Position numbers and translations under genes: made by a program. DNA of 64,000 bases from the NCBI GenBank assembly GCA_019694155.1, contig JAIBCN010000230.1, forward strand, positions 3,536 through 67,535, written 5' to 3'. The notes under the pieces were generated by a model that saw only the letters and a list, made by a program, of their open reading frames with translations, ran no database searches and was not told where the DNA came from. Of this stretch, positions 37,114 through 46,723 are shown in pieces; within the stretch, counting starts at the first letter, position 1; each line of letters starts with the position of its first letter. The stretch is from Vicinamibacteria bacterium (GTDB lineage Bacteria; Acidobacteriota; Vicinamibacteria; Fen-336; JAGNNV01).

Positions 37114-39567
37114 GTGCAAGACCAGCCTTCCGCCCCTCCGCCCGCCGAAGAGGGCCTCCCGTTCCACCCCGCGACCGTCCTGCGCTCTCTTTGGCGTCGT
37201 CGGACCGTGGTCGTGACCTTCGCCGCCATAGGCGCGGTGATCGGCCTTCTCGTCGCGCTGAGCGTCGGCGAGCGTAAGTTCGTTTCAGAGACGGTGCTGA
37301 TGTTCCGGCCCGCGGCCGCCGGACCCGACGACCCCGGCGCCTCCGTGGAGACCATCCTGAATCTCGTCAAGGTGCCGGCGAACCTGGAGCAGGTGCGCGA
37401 GAAGCTGAACGAGAGCACACCCATCCCCGCCCTTGCTTCATCGTATGAAGTGGCCGCCCTCAAGAACACCGACCTCGTGGCCATCCGCGCGACGGGCGAT
37501 ACAGCGAAGCAGGCCGCCGACCGCGCCAATGCCCTCCGCGAAGCGTTCCTGCTCAACCAGGCAAAGCTCGCGGCCGAGAAGGGCGAGAGGCAGTCCGGCG
37601 TGGTGGCGAGGCAGCTCGAGGAAGTGAAGGCGGCGCTTTCGCTCGCGGATCAAAAGCGGATCGAGATCGGAATTCAGACGGGCATCGTGGATCTCGAGAA
37701 GCAGACCGGCACCTACCTTCAGCAGCAGGCGTCCATGGAGATCTTCTACGGACAGGCGCTCGCCGATCGCACCGCGGTGGACGAGCAGAACCAGACCCTG
37801 GAAAAGACCGCCGCCGAGTTGCAGAAGAAGATCGACAAGGAGCAGAAGATGGCGGGGGCTCAGGAAGACCTGACCTCGCTCAACATCCGCAGCGGCCGGC
37901 TGCGCTCGTCGATCGAGGAAGACCGGAAGGACCGCGCGGCGAAGGCTGAACTCGCGCAGAAGGAAGCCGAGTTCAAGCGGGCGAGCGATCTGTTCGAGCA
38001 GGGCCTCCTGTCCAAGTCCCTCCTCGACAAGGCGCGGGCCGAGTACGAGGCGCAGAAGGCGCGGGCCACCGACACCGATCAGATCCAGCAGTGGAAGGCG
38101 GAGCTCGCACGCCTCGACTCGGGCGTCATTCCCACCAAGCCCACCGACTCGGCCAGCACGGGAATCCTGCGCGAGGTCATGTCGAAGCGCCTCAACCTCG
38201 GTCTCGAGAAGACCGCGGTCGAGGAGCGGGTCAAAGCACTCGATGCCTCGCGCGCGCAGATCAAGGCGCGGGTGGAGGGCCTGCCGGAACTGAAGCGGCA
38301 ACTGGCCAACGTGGAGCGCGAGGTGGAGAGTCTCGAGCAGCGGCGCCGCACCCTCGAGGATCTTCTGGCCAAGGCGCGCGCGGCCGGAGGCGCCACCTCC
38401 GCCGATTTCACCCTCGTCTCGCCCGCGATCCCGCCTCTCTTCCCCAAGTCCTCCAATCGGTCTCTCGTCCTCGTCGCGATCTTCGGCCTTTTCTTCGGCG
38501 CCGGTCTTGTCCTGGTGGTGGGTGTGGAGCTTCTCGACACCACGCTGCGCTCGGGCCCCGAGGTCCTGGTGAAAGCCGGGGCAAGGCTCCTCGCTTCGAT
38601 CCCGAGGCTTCCCGATGACATCGCCTCGCTGCCCACGAGCGAAGACTCGCCCGCCTTCGCCTTCTTCCGCCGCCTCGCCTACCAGATTCGCCGCGACAGG
38701 GACGACGGGCCTCTGCGCATCCTCGTGACCACGCCCCATCGCGGCGAGGGCGCGACCTTCGTCGCCTCGCATCTGGCCGCCGCCTTCGGGCGTCTGGACG
38801 AACGCGTGGTCTACGTGGACTCGCGCCTCGCGGGCGTTAGCCCGGTCGATCTGCGATCTCTGGCACTCACGCGCGACCCGATGCACGGCGGTTTCGTCCT
38901 GCCCTCCGAGATCGAGGAGAAGATCCTGTCCTCGTCCCGCGAGGCCGTGGCGCGCGCCCGGGCGGTTCTCTCCCGCGGGAAGTCCAGGCGAAGGCCGTGG
39001 CCGATCCATGTGAAGCGTCCCCTCGTTCACGTCCGCCGCTTCGTGCGGGCCGGGGCGAATCGCGCGAGCGCCGGATCCCACGCGCTCTATACGCTGATCG
39101 CGTCGATCCTGTGGCCGGCGGCGGTGGCCGAGACCCCTTCCCTCGCCTTCTCGACGCCCGGCGACGAAGGGCTTGGCTCCTACCTTTCATATCAGCGCGA
39201 GTCTTCCCGCGAGGTGGCGCACCCCACACCACTCATGGGTCTTGCCTGCCTCCCCGCGGACAACGTGCCGGCGCCGCTCCGCGAGAGCATCGCCTGGAGG
39301 CGCATGCGGGACCTGGTCGCGGAGCTCTCGGGTCGATACCCCGTGGTGGTGTTCGATGCGTCCGGGCTGCTCGACGATCCTGATCCCGAGGTGCTGGCCG
39401 ATCAGGTCGATCTCGTCCTCGTGGTGGCCCGGGCCGAGAAGACGCCGGTGCGCGATCTCAAGCGCACACTGAATCGTCTCTCGTCCGCGAAGGGGCGGAC
39501 GGCGGGCGTCATCCTGAACGGCGTGGACCGGGCGTTCGCGGATCTTCTGACCGAGGCGGAGGCGTGA
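37114..39567 (+). CDS. Wzc/GumC-like polysaccharide co-polymerase with degenerate BY-kinase domain
   Basis: N-terminal TM followed by a long coiled-coil periplasmic region, a second TM (LVLVAIFGLFFGAGLVLVV), and a C-terminal P-loop-like domain whose Walker A reads TPHRGEGAT (Lys replaced). No C-terminal Tyr cluster. Confidence 0.7.
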   Translation: MQDQPSAPPPAEEGLPFHPATVLRSLWRRRTVVVTFAAIGAVIGLLVALSVGERKFVSETVLMFRPAAAGPDDPGASVETILNLVKVPANLEQVREKLNESTPIPALASSYEVAALKNTDLVAIRATGDTAKQAADRANALREAFLLNQAKLAAEKGERQSGVVARQLEEVKAALSLADQKRIEIGIQTGIVDLEKQTGTYLQQQASMEIFYGQALADRTAVDEQNQTLEKTAAELQKKIDKEQKMAGAQEDLTSLNIRSGRLRSSIEEDRKDRAAKAELAQKEAEFKRASDLFEQGLLSKSLLDKARAEYEAQKARATDTDQIQQWKAELARLDSGVIPTKPTDSASTGILREVMSKRLNLGLEKTAVEERVKALDASRAQIKARVEGLPELKRQLANVEREVESLEQRRRTLEDLLAKARAAGGATSADFTLVSPAIPPLFPKSSNRSLVLVAIFGLFFGAGLVLVVGVELLDTTLRSGPEVLVKAGARLLASIPRLPDDIASLPTSEDSPAFAFFRRLAYQIRRDRDDGPLRILVTTPHRGEGATFVASHLAAAFGRLDERVVYVDSRLAGVSPVDLRSLALTRDPMHGGFVLPSEIEEKILSSSREAVARARAVLSRGKSRRRPWPIHVKRPLVHVRRFVRAGANRASAGSHALYTLIASILWPAAVAETPSLAFSTPGDEGLGSYLSYQRESSREVAHPTPLMGLACLPADNVPAPLRESIAWRRMRDLVAELSGRYPVVVFDASGLLDDPDPEVLADQVDLVLVVARAEKTPVRDLKRTLNRLSSAKGRTAGVILNGVDRAFADLLTEAEA

Positions 39568-40736
39568 AGCTGCTCGTGATTTCGAATCTCTACCCGCCCG
39601 ACGTGCAGGGCGGCTACGAAATCCTGTGCGCGCAGGTGGTGGAGGGCCTCCGGGCCATCGGCCACAGCGTCGTGGTTCTCACTTCCGGATCTGAAGACGG
39701 GAACGCGGATCCCGCGGTGTGGCGCCGGCTCGAACTCACCGGGCGATTTCCCGAGCCGGTGCGCGCCAGCCGCTGGGACTCCCTCGCCATTCACCGTCGG
39801 AACGCCGCGATCACGAGAAGGGCGATCAGGGACCTTCGTCCCGACCGGATCTTCATCTGGAGCCAGCTTCGCCTGACCCTTGGCTGCGCGGAGGCGGCCG
39901 AGGAGTCGGGTCTTCCCGTGAGCTACACCTTCAACGACGAGCATCCCACGGGGTTCTTGCCGCGGACCGCGAACGGCACCGTGCGGTCGCATGTGGGGGC
40001 GATGATCGACGCCGTTTTCCCGCGCCCGACCGCACGGTCGCGCCGCTTCGCGCACACAACCTGCATCAGCGCGACTCTCAAGGAAGCTCTCGTGGCCAAA
40101 GGGATGCAGATTCCGGGCTGCCGCGTGATCTATCAGGGGATCCCGATCGAGCGCTTCCCGCCTCTCCTCGATCGCGTCCGCGGTCCGGAGTTCCGGATCC
40201 TCTACGCGGGGCAGCTCCACGAGTACAAGGGAGTGCACACGCTGCTCGAAGCCGCGGCCCTGCTGTCGCGCCGGGGCAGCCGCCGTTTCGAAGTGTCGAT
40301 CGCGGGCGACGGGCCGTCCGCCTACAAGGCCCGCCTTTCCGAGCTGGCCCGCGTGGTCGGAGCGCCCGTGCGGTTCCTCGGCCGGGTGCCGCACGACAAG
40401 ATCCCCGCCCTCTACCAGACGCACGACGTCTTCGTCTTTCCATCGATCTGGCGCGAGCCTTTCGGCCTGACCCATCTCGAGGCCATGGCCTCGGGCACGC
40501 CCGTGGTGAGCACCACCGAGGGAGGCCCGGGCGAGTTTCTCGAGGACGAGAAGAACGCGCTCACCTTCCCGAAGGCCGACCCTGCGCGGCTCGCCGATGC
40601 CCTCAGACGGCTCGCCAATGACGAGGACCTGGCCCGCCGCATCGCCCGAAACGCCCGGGCCATGGTCGAAACCCGTTTCACCCTCGATCGCTACGTGCGC
40701 GACCTCGAGGCCTTTCTTGGAGAAGCGCCCCAGTGA
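39564..40736 (+). CDS. glycosyltransferase family 4
   Basis: GT4 motif FVFPSIWREPFGLTHLEAMASGTPVV. GTGA start/stop coupling. Confidence 0.75.
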   Translation: MKLLVISNLYPPDVQGGYEILCAQVVEGLRAIGHSVVVLTSGSEDGNADPAVWRRLELTGRFPEPVRASRWDSLAIHRRNAAITRRAIRDLRPDRIFIWSQLRLTLGCAEAAEESGLPVSYTFNDEHPTGFLPRTANGTVRSHVGAMIDAVFPRPTARSRRFAHTTCISATLKEALVAKGMQIPGCRVIYQGIPIERFPPLLDRVRGPEFRILYAGQLHEYKGVHTLLEAAALLSRRGSRRFEVSIAGDGPSAYKARLSELARVVGAPVRFLGRVPHDKIPALYQTHDVFVFPSIWREPFGLTHLEAMASGTPVVSTTEGGPGEFLEDEKNALTFPKADPARLADALRRLANDEDLARRIARNARAMVETRFTLDRYVRDLEAFLGEAPQ

Positions 40737-42022
40737 AGAGCATCCAGATCCCCCGTCGTTTCACCCGCAACGCATGGGGCGGCACCGAGACGGTGGTCCT
40801 CGAAACCAGCAAGCGGCTGAACGCCATGGGCCATGAAGCGAAGATCTTCTGCCCGGGCGCTCTCGATCCCGTCCGCGAGGAGACGATCGACGGGGTGTCG
40901 GTCACGCGCCTGCCTTACTTCTACCCCTACCTCGGCCTGTCCGCCGCATCGAGGTCTCAGATGGACCGTAAGGGCGGCAATCTCTTCTCTCCGCAGATCC
41001 TCGCGCGGCTGCTCCTGGAGCCGGACGTGGATGTCCTTCACGCGCACACCGGCAAGCGGCTCGGCGGCATCGTCCGGCTGGCCGCCCGCCTGCGCGGCAT
41101 TCCCTACGTGGTGTCCCTGCACGGCGGCGCCTACGATGTTTCGAGCGGGGAAGCCGCCTCCTGGACCGAGCCTTCGCGCGGCGCGGTCGAATGGGGCCGC
41201 GCCCTCGGCTTCCTCGTCGGGTCGAGACGCGTCCTGAGCGACGCGGCCGCGGTGATCTGCCTGGGCGAGAACGAACGCCGGCTCGTGGAACGCGCGCATC
41301 CGAGAACGCGGGCGGTGGTTCTGCCGAACGGAGTCGACCCTGTCCGCTTCAAGTCGGGGGACCGGAACTCGCTCCGCGCCCGGCTCGGCGTCGACCCCCT
41401 CGACGAACTTCTCCTCGTGGCCGGACGCATCGATCCGCAGAAGAACCAGGCGCTCGCCCTCGATATCCTGGCCGCCCTGCAGCCTTCGAGGCCTCGCCTG
41501 CGCCTGGCCTTCATGGGGCCCGTCACCTCTCCCGCCTATCTGGAATCGCTCCGGCAGAGCGCCGAGCGGCTCGGCGTCGCGGAGCGCGTCATCTTCTTCG
41601 AGGCGGCTCAGGGGTCGAAAGACCTCGCGGACGCCTACGCCGCGGCCGACGTCGTGCTCGTGCCTTCGGCGCATGAGCCCTTCGGCATTGTCGTCCTCGA
41701 GGCCTGGGCCTCCACTCGTCCGGTGATCGCGAGCCGGGTCGGGGGACTCGTCGACCTCATCTCGGACGGCCGCGATGGCCGGCTGATAGACCCGGCCGAT
41801 GTCGGGTCCTGGATCCACGCCGTCGTGCATGTCCTCGATCGCCGGCCAGCCGCCTGGTCGATGGCCTGCGCGGGCCGCGCGAAAGCGCTCAAGAGCTACA
41901 CCTGGGACGCAGTCGCGGGGAAGCTGCTCGCCCTCTACGAGGAAGTCTCCCGCGCCGGAGTCGCCAAAACGCCCCGGGCCGTGGCGAACCTGAGCGCGGA
42001 GCCGAGCCGGCTGTCTCTCTAA
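40733..42022 (+). CDS. glycosyltransferase family 4
   Basis: GT4 motif LVPSAHEPFGIVVLEAWASTRPVIAS. GTGA coupling. Confidence 0.75.
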   Translation: MKSIQIPRRFTRNAWGGTETVVLETSKRLNAMGHEAKIFCPGALDPVREETIDGVSVTRLPYFYPYLGLSAASRSQMDRKGGNLFSPQILARLLLEPDVDVLHAHTGKRLGGIVRLAARLRGIPYVVSLHGGAYDVSSGEAASWTEPSRGAVEWGRALGFLVGSRRVLSDAAAVICLGENERRLVERAHPRTRAVVLPNGVDPVRFKSGDRNSLRARLGVDPLDELLLVAGRIDPQKNQALALDILAALQPSRPRLRLAFMGPVTSPAYLESLRQSAERLGVAERVIFFEAAQGSKDLADAYAAADVVLVPSAHEPFGIVVLEAWASTRPVIASRVGGLVDLISDGRDGRLIDPADVGSWIHAVVHVLDRRPAAWSMACAGRAKALKSYTWDAVAGKLLALYEEVSRAGVAKTPRAVANLSAEPSRLSL

Positions 42023-42058
42023 GACCCTCATCAATAAAGACTTCTGGGGTCGGGCGGG

Positions 42059-43258
42059 ATGGCACGGAACGCGCTCTCTACAGGCGCCGTGAAACTCCTT
42101 CCTTCCTCACCCATGCGACTCGGGGTGGCCGCGTTCGGGACCGACGGCGCGAAGTCGGGGATCGGTTCGTATCTGCGGCAGTGGCTCGAAGCCTTCGACG
42201 GCTCGGATCCCGCGATCGACATGGACTTTATGGCGCCTCGCTCGGAGATGTCCGAACTGGTTCCGCCGACTCTCCTCGCAAAACTCAGTCCGACTTCGGA
42301 CACGCTGCGCTCGCCCATGCGAAGCGTGGTCTGGCACCAGGGAGGCCTGCCCCTCGCGGCGCGGCGCGGCTCGTGGGACGTCGCGTTCCTTCCCGCCGCC
42401 AACCGGAGACTCGCGGCCTGGATGCCCTGTCCGACGGTGGGAACGGTCCACGACATGTCCATGGCCCGGGTGAAGGGGAAGTACGACCGCTTCCATTCCG
42501 CCTACTTCCATACCCTCCTGCCCGCCCTCATCCGCCGGCTCACCCGCGTCGTCACGGTGTCCGAATGCAGCAAGCGCGACATCGTCGAACTGGCCCAGGT
42601 CGACCCGGGGCGCATCGATGTGATTCCCCATGGCGTCAATCGCGAGCGCTTCCACCCGCGGGACGATGCGGCGGCCCAGGCGACCCGCTCGGCGATGGGC
42701 CTCACCGCTCCCTACCTGCTCTACGTGGCCCGGTTGGAGCATCCGGGCAAGAACCACGTGGCTCTCATTCGCGCCTTCGATCGGATGAAGACGCGCCTTG
42801 GAGCTCCGCACCAGCTCGTGCTCGCGGGTTCACCGTGGAATGGAGCCGAGGACGTCTACGCGGCGGCGCGGGCGGCGCGGCACTCCGCGGACATCGTCTT
42901 CACCGGGTTCACTTCCGAGGCTTCCCTTCCCGCTCTCTACCGCGGTGCTTTCGCTTACGTCTTCCCTTCGCTCTACGAAGGTTTCGGGATGCCTCTTCTC
43001 GAGGCCATGGCATCGGGGACACCCGTCGCCTGTTCCAATACGTCCTCGCTTCCGGAAGTGGCGGGGGACGCCGCGCTCTACTTCGATCCCGCCGACCAAG
43101 ATGCGATGGAAGCCGGACTCGAGACGCTCGTCTCGGATCCGGCCCGCCGCCAGGATCTCATCGAGCGAGGGCTGCGCCGGGCTTCGGCATTCAGCTGGCG
43201 CGCGTCCGTGGACCGGACCGTCGCCGCCTTTCGACAAGCCGTGAAGGAGGCCGCATGA
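42059..43258 (+). CDS. glycosyltransferase family 4
   Basis: GT4 motif VFPSLYEGFGMPLLEAMASGTPV. Confidence 0.75.
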   Translation: MARNALSTGAVKLLPSSPMRLGVAAFGTDGAKSGIGSYLRQWLEAFDGSDPAIDMDFMAPRSEMSELVPPTLLAKLSPTSDTLRSPMRSVVWHQGGLPLAARRGSWDVAFLPAANRRLAAWMPCPTVGTVHDMSMARVKGKYDRFHSAYFHTLLPALIRRLTRVVTVSECSKRDIVELAQVDPGRIDVIPHGVNRERFHPRDDAAAQATRSAMGLTAPYLLYVARLEHPGKNHVALIRAFDRMKTRLGAPHQLVLAGSPWNGAEDVYAAARAARHSADIVFTGFTSEASLPALYRGAFAYVFPSLYEGFGMPLLEAMASGTPVACSNTSSLPEVAGDAALYFDPADQDAMEAGLETLVSDPARRQDLIERGLRRASAFSWRASVDRTVAAFRQAVKEAA

Positions 43259-43953
43259 GCATGACCCACACTCTCGACGCCCGCGACCGGGCGCTGCGCC
43301 GGTTCCGGCATGCCGCGGGACTCCTGCGCGCCCGATGGTCCTTCGCCCTGGGTCCCGCTCAGAAGCGCGCGCTCGACATCCTTGTCTCCGGCCTGGCCCT
43401 TCTGGCACTCGCGCCTTTGTTCGCGGTCGTCGCGCTGGCCATCAAGCTGACGGACTTCGGGCCCGTGCTGTTCTGGCAGACGCGAGTGGGCCGCTACGGA
43501 AAGCCGCTTCGGTTCCCCAAGTTCCGTTCGATGGTCTTGGACGCCGAGGCGGTCAAGCAGCGCCTGCTCGCCGAGAACGACCACGGCGGCGGTGGAGTCA
43601 CCTTCAAGATGAAGCGCGATCCCCGCATCACGGGAATCGGCCGCATCATCCGCCGCCTCAGCATCGACGAGCTGCCCCAGCTCTACCTCGTACTCAAGGG
43701 CGACCTGACCCTCGTGGGCCCGCGGCCCCCCGTGCCCGCGGAAGTCGCGCGCTACACCCTGCGTCAGCGCCGCCGCCTCGATGTTGTCCCCGGCCTCACC
43801 TGCATCTGGCAGGTGTCGGGACGCTCGGAGATCCCCTTCGAGCGCCAGGCGCGCATGGACATCGAGTACATCGACCGCCGCAGCCTCTGGTTCGACCTCG
43901 CCCTCCTTCTTCGCACCATTCCGGCCGTTCTCTTCGGCCGCGGAGCCTACTGA
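43255..43953 (+). CDS. bacterial sugar transferase (priming polyprenyl-phosphate hexose-1-phosphate transferase, small WbaP/EpsL type)
   Basis: GAAGGAGG Shine-Dalgarno. Motifs KFRSM, DELPQLYLVLKGDLTLVGPRP, GLTCIWQVSGRS. ATGA coupling. Confidence 0.8.
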   Translation: MSMTHTLDARDRALRRFRHAAGLLRARWSFALGPAQKRALDILVSGLALLALAPLFAVVALAIKLTDFGPVLFWQTRVGRYGKPLRFPKFRSMVLDAEAVKQRLLAENDHGGGGVTFKMKRDPRITGIGRIIRRLSIDELPQLYLVLKGDLTLVGPRPPVPAEVARYTLRQRRRLDVVPGLTCIWQVSGRSEIPFERQARMDIEYIDRRSLWFDLALLLRTIPAVLFGRGAY

Positions 43954-43955
43954 TC

Positions 43956-45209
43956 ATGAGAATCCTCGACTTCGTCGCGGGCGCCCTCGGGCTGCCCCTG
44001 TTCTCTCTCGCCCTGGGCTTGCTCTCCGCGCTGGGTCTGCGCTTCGACGTGAAAGAAACCCTCACTGTGACCGCGGGAGCGCGGCTCTTCTGGCGGCGCC
44101 GCCTCGTGTTTCGCGACGGGCCGCTCGCGGGATTCGCGAACCGGCTCGGCCTCGCGCACACCCTCGATTGCCTGGCCCTGATGAGGGGTCACCTCGCTCT
44201 CGTGGGCCCGCGGCCGCTGCCGCCCCTCGCCGCCCATGCCGTCGCGTCATACCGGATCGCGCTGCGGCCCGGCCTCGTCTCACCCTTCGCGGTGCGCCAG
44301 TGGGCGCATATCGCCTACGACAGTGAGGAAGCCGTCGACTTCGCGTATGCCGGGAATCGTTCGTGGCGCGGCGACCTCGGCATCCTCGTGCGCTCTCTTC
44401 TCGCCCGCGCTCACGGCTCCGTCCGCGCGTCGAGCCTCGACCGTGTGGAGATCGACGGCATCCCGGTCGACAACCTGACCCTGGGAGACGCGGTCGGGCG
44501 CATCGTCGGCTTCCTGGACAAACCGCAGCACAGAGTGGTGAGCTTCGTGAACGCGGACTGCATCAACAAGGCCGCGCACGACGAGAAGTACGGGAGCGCC
44601 CTGCGCGTCTCCGACCTCGTGCTCGGCGACGGTGTGGGCGTGCGCCTCTTCAGCCGCCTGATCGGGGAGCCGTTGCGGGAGAACGTGAACGGCACCGATC
44701 TGTTCCCCCGTCTGTGCGAGGCGCTTCAGGGCACCTCTCACTCCATCTATCTCCTCGGCGGCCTGCCGGGCGTCGCGGGCGCGGTGAGCACTTGGATCCA
44801 GTCCACCTATCCCCGATGCCGCGTGGCGGGGTTCTATGACGGCTACTTCTCCGCGGAGGAGGAGCGAGAGGTGATCCGGGACATCGAACGCTCGAAGCCG
44901 ACGCTGATCCTCGTGGCGTTCGGTGCGCCGCGGCAGGAGATCTGGCTGCGCGAGAATCTCGCGTCCACGGGAGCGAAAGTGGGCATCGGTGTGGGCGGGC
45001 TTTTCGACTTCTTCTCGGGGCGGATTCCGCGCGCGCCCATGTGGATGCGCGAGGCCGGCCTCGAATGGGTGTACCGGCTCAGCCGCGAGCCGAAGCGTCT
45101 CTTCTGGCGCTACGGTCCCGGCAATGTGGAATTCCTCGGCCGGGCTCTGTGGGCCGCGTTCCGAAGGCAGCTGGAGCGACGTCGTCTCGTCGCCCGCAAC
45201 GCCCATTGA
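43956..45209 (+). CDS. fusion protein: degenerate Bac_transf-like N-terminal domain + WecB/TagA/CpsF (GT26) glycosyltransferase
   Basis: The N-terminal 150 aa parallel the preceding sugar transferase (LALMRGHLALVGPRPL, PGLVSPFAV) but lack KFRSM. The C-terminal part is GT26 (LLGGLPGVA..FGAPRQEIWL..GIGVGGLFDF). Confidence 0.65.
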   Translation: MRILDFVAGALGLPLFSLALGLLSALGLRFDVKETLTVTAGARLFWRRRLVFRDGPLAGFANRLGLAHTLDCLALMRGHLALVGPRPLPPLAAHAVASYRIALRPGLVSPFAVRQWAHIAYDSEEAVDFAYAGNRSWRGDLGILVRSLLARAHGSVRASSLDRVEIDGIPVDNLTLGDAVGRIVGFLDKPQHRVVSFVNADCINKAAHDEKYGSALRVSDLVLGDGVGVRLFSRLIGEPLRENVNGTDLFPRLCEALQGTSHSIYLLGGLPGVAGAVSTWIQSTYPRCRVAGFYDGYFSAEEEREVIRDIERSKPTLILVAFGAPRQEIWLRENLASTGAKVGIGVGGLFDFFSGRIPRAPMWMREAGLEWVYRLSREPKRLFWRYGPGNVEFLGRALWAAFRRQLERRRLVARNAH

Positions 45210-45235
45210 GACTCCCGGCAACGAAAGGCATCTCC

Positions 45236-46723
45236 ATGAAAGGCCTCATTCTCGTCAGCGATGCCGCCCACAGCGCCTCCGTCCTGGGCGTCGAGGGCCT
45301 TCGGCCCCTGCTGGGCCGTCCCTTCGTCGTTCACGTGCTGGAACAACTCGTCTTGAAGGGGATCACGGATATCGATGTGGTCCTTGATACCCCGCGGCCG
45401 CTCGACTACGAGCGGGCCCTCGGCACGGGCGAGCGACACGGCGCTTCCATCCGATATCACCTGGTGCGGGATCCGGGCCGGCCTGGATCCAGGCTGCGTC
45501 GCTTCCGCGGGCCCGTCCTGCTGGCGCTCGCCCATCGCCTGGTGAACGTCGCCCAGATCCTCGATTCCAACGACGCGCCGGAGCGGCCGATCGTGTGGTG
45601 CTCGTCGATCGCGTCTTCCACCCGCTGGTCGGGCTGGGCGGCGCTTCCGGAAGCAGCGCTCGCCGACATTCCCGAATCGATCACTCTCAACGAGCTCGCG
45701 GAGCGGTTCCTCCTCATGGGAGAAGAGGATGGCCTCCTCTCCGCCGCGCGCCCCCTGCTGGCCGCAGACGATGCGGCCCTGCTCCTGCGGGCGCAGGGTG
45801 TGGCCTTCCATGCCGACTTCCTGCAGCTGCGCGGAGAGACGCTGCCCGGCGACATCCGGGTGGGCCGGGGAGTGAGGATCGACCCCTCGGCCCGCCTCAT
45901 CGGCCCGGTGTTCCTGGGAGACCAGTCGCGCATTGGCGCGGGCGCGGTGATCGGTCCGCATGCCTACATCGGCGGCGGCGCGATGGTGGGCCGGAACACC
46001 GTGCTCCGGGACGCCGTGGTCACGAGGCGCACGAGCGTCGGTGAGCGGCTCGACATCGAGAGCGCGATCGTGTCCGGCGCCGGCATCGCCCGGGCCGCGG
46101 GCGCCCTGGAGATTCGCGTGACGGATCCTTTCATCCTGAGTCCGCTGAGCCGGCCGCCGGTCGATGTCCGCGGCCTGTCACAACGCGCGGTCGCCGCCGG
46201 TCTCTTCGTCGGGGGCGTCCCCCTGACTCTCCTCGCCCTTCCCTGGCTTGCCGCGACCGGCTACCGCCTCCGCGCGGAGCCCGTTCCCGGCTCGCGCACC
46301 GGTGAGCGGACGTGGAGGTTGCGCCGCCACGCGAGCGCGATGGCGGCGCCCGACCGGCCGTCCCTGCGAGACTTCCTGACGCGTGTCGTGCCGTCCCTCC
46401 CTTCGGTCGTGCTCGGGCGCGTCGCCCTTGCCGGCAGGGAAGCGGCGCGCCTGGAATCGCCCGAGGCCATGCCGGCCGGCTGGCGCGAGCGCCTCCAGTC
46501 GCTTCGGCCGGGCGTCATCTCGGCCGCCGTCGTGGATGGGGACCCGACGCCGCTCGTGCGGCATCTGAGCGACCTCACGTTTGGCGCCGCTCCCTCGGTT
46601 CGCGCGGATCTGAAGCTCGTGCTTCGCTACTTCGTCGAGGCGGCCAGACGCCGCGCGGCGCGCGCCTTGCCCGCGCAGGACGCGGCATGGGCCATGGCGG
46701 CGGCGGCCAGGATCAGGAACTGA
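45236..46723 (+). CDS. sugar-nucleotidyltransferase-like / left-handed beta-helix protein with degenerate Bac_transf-like C-terminus (probable pseudo-enzyme)
   Basis: The N-terminal NTP-transferase-like fold has lost LAGGxGTRL (it reads LVSDAAHSAS). Hexapeptide repeats follow (IRVGRGVRIDPSARLIGPVFLGDQSRIGAGAVIGPHAYIGG). The C-terminus has a TM segment and SLRDFLTRVVPSLPSVVLGRVALAG, which resembles the sugar-transferase DELPQL..LKGD.SLVGPRP block. Confidence 0.5.
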   Translation: MKGLILVSDAAHSASVLGVEGLRPLLGRPFVVHVLEQLVLKGITDIDVVLDTPRPLDYERALGTGERHGASIRYHLVRDPGRPGSRLRRFRGPVLLALAHRLVNVAQILDSNDAPERPIVWCSSIASSTRWSGWAALPEAALADIPESITLNELAERFLLMGEEDGLLSAARPLLAADDAALLLRAQGVAFHADFLQLRGETLPGDIRVGRGVRIDPSARLIGPVFLGDQSRIGAGAVIGPHAYIGGGAMVGRNTVLRDAVVTRRTSVGERLDIESAIVSGAGIARAAGALEIRVTDPFILSPLSRPPVDVRGLSQRAVAAGLFVGGVPLTLLALPWLAATGYRLRAEPVPGSRTGERTWRLRRHASAMAAPDRPSLRDFLTRVVPSLPSVVLGRVALAGREAARLESPEAMPAGWRERLQSLRPGVISAAVVDGDPTPLVRHLSDLTFGAAPSVRADLKLVLRYFVEAARRRAARALPAQDAAWAMAAAARIRN

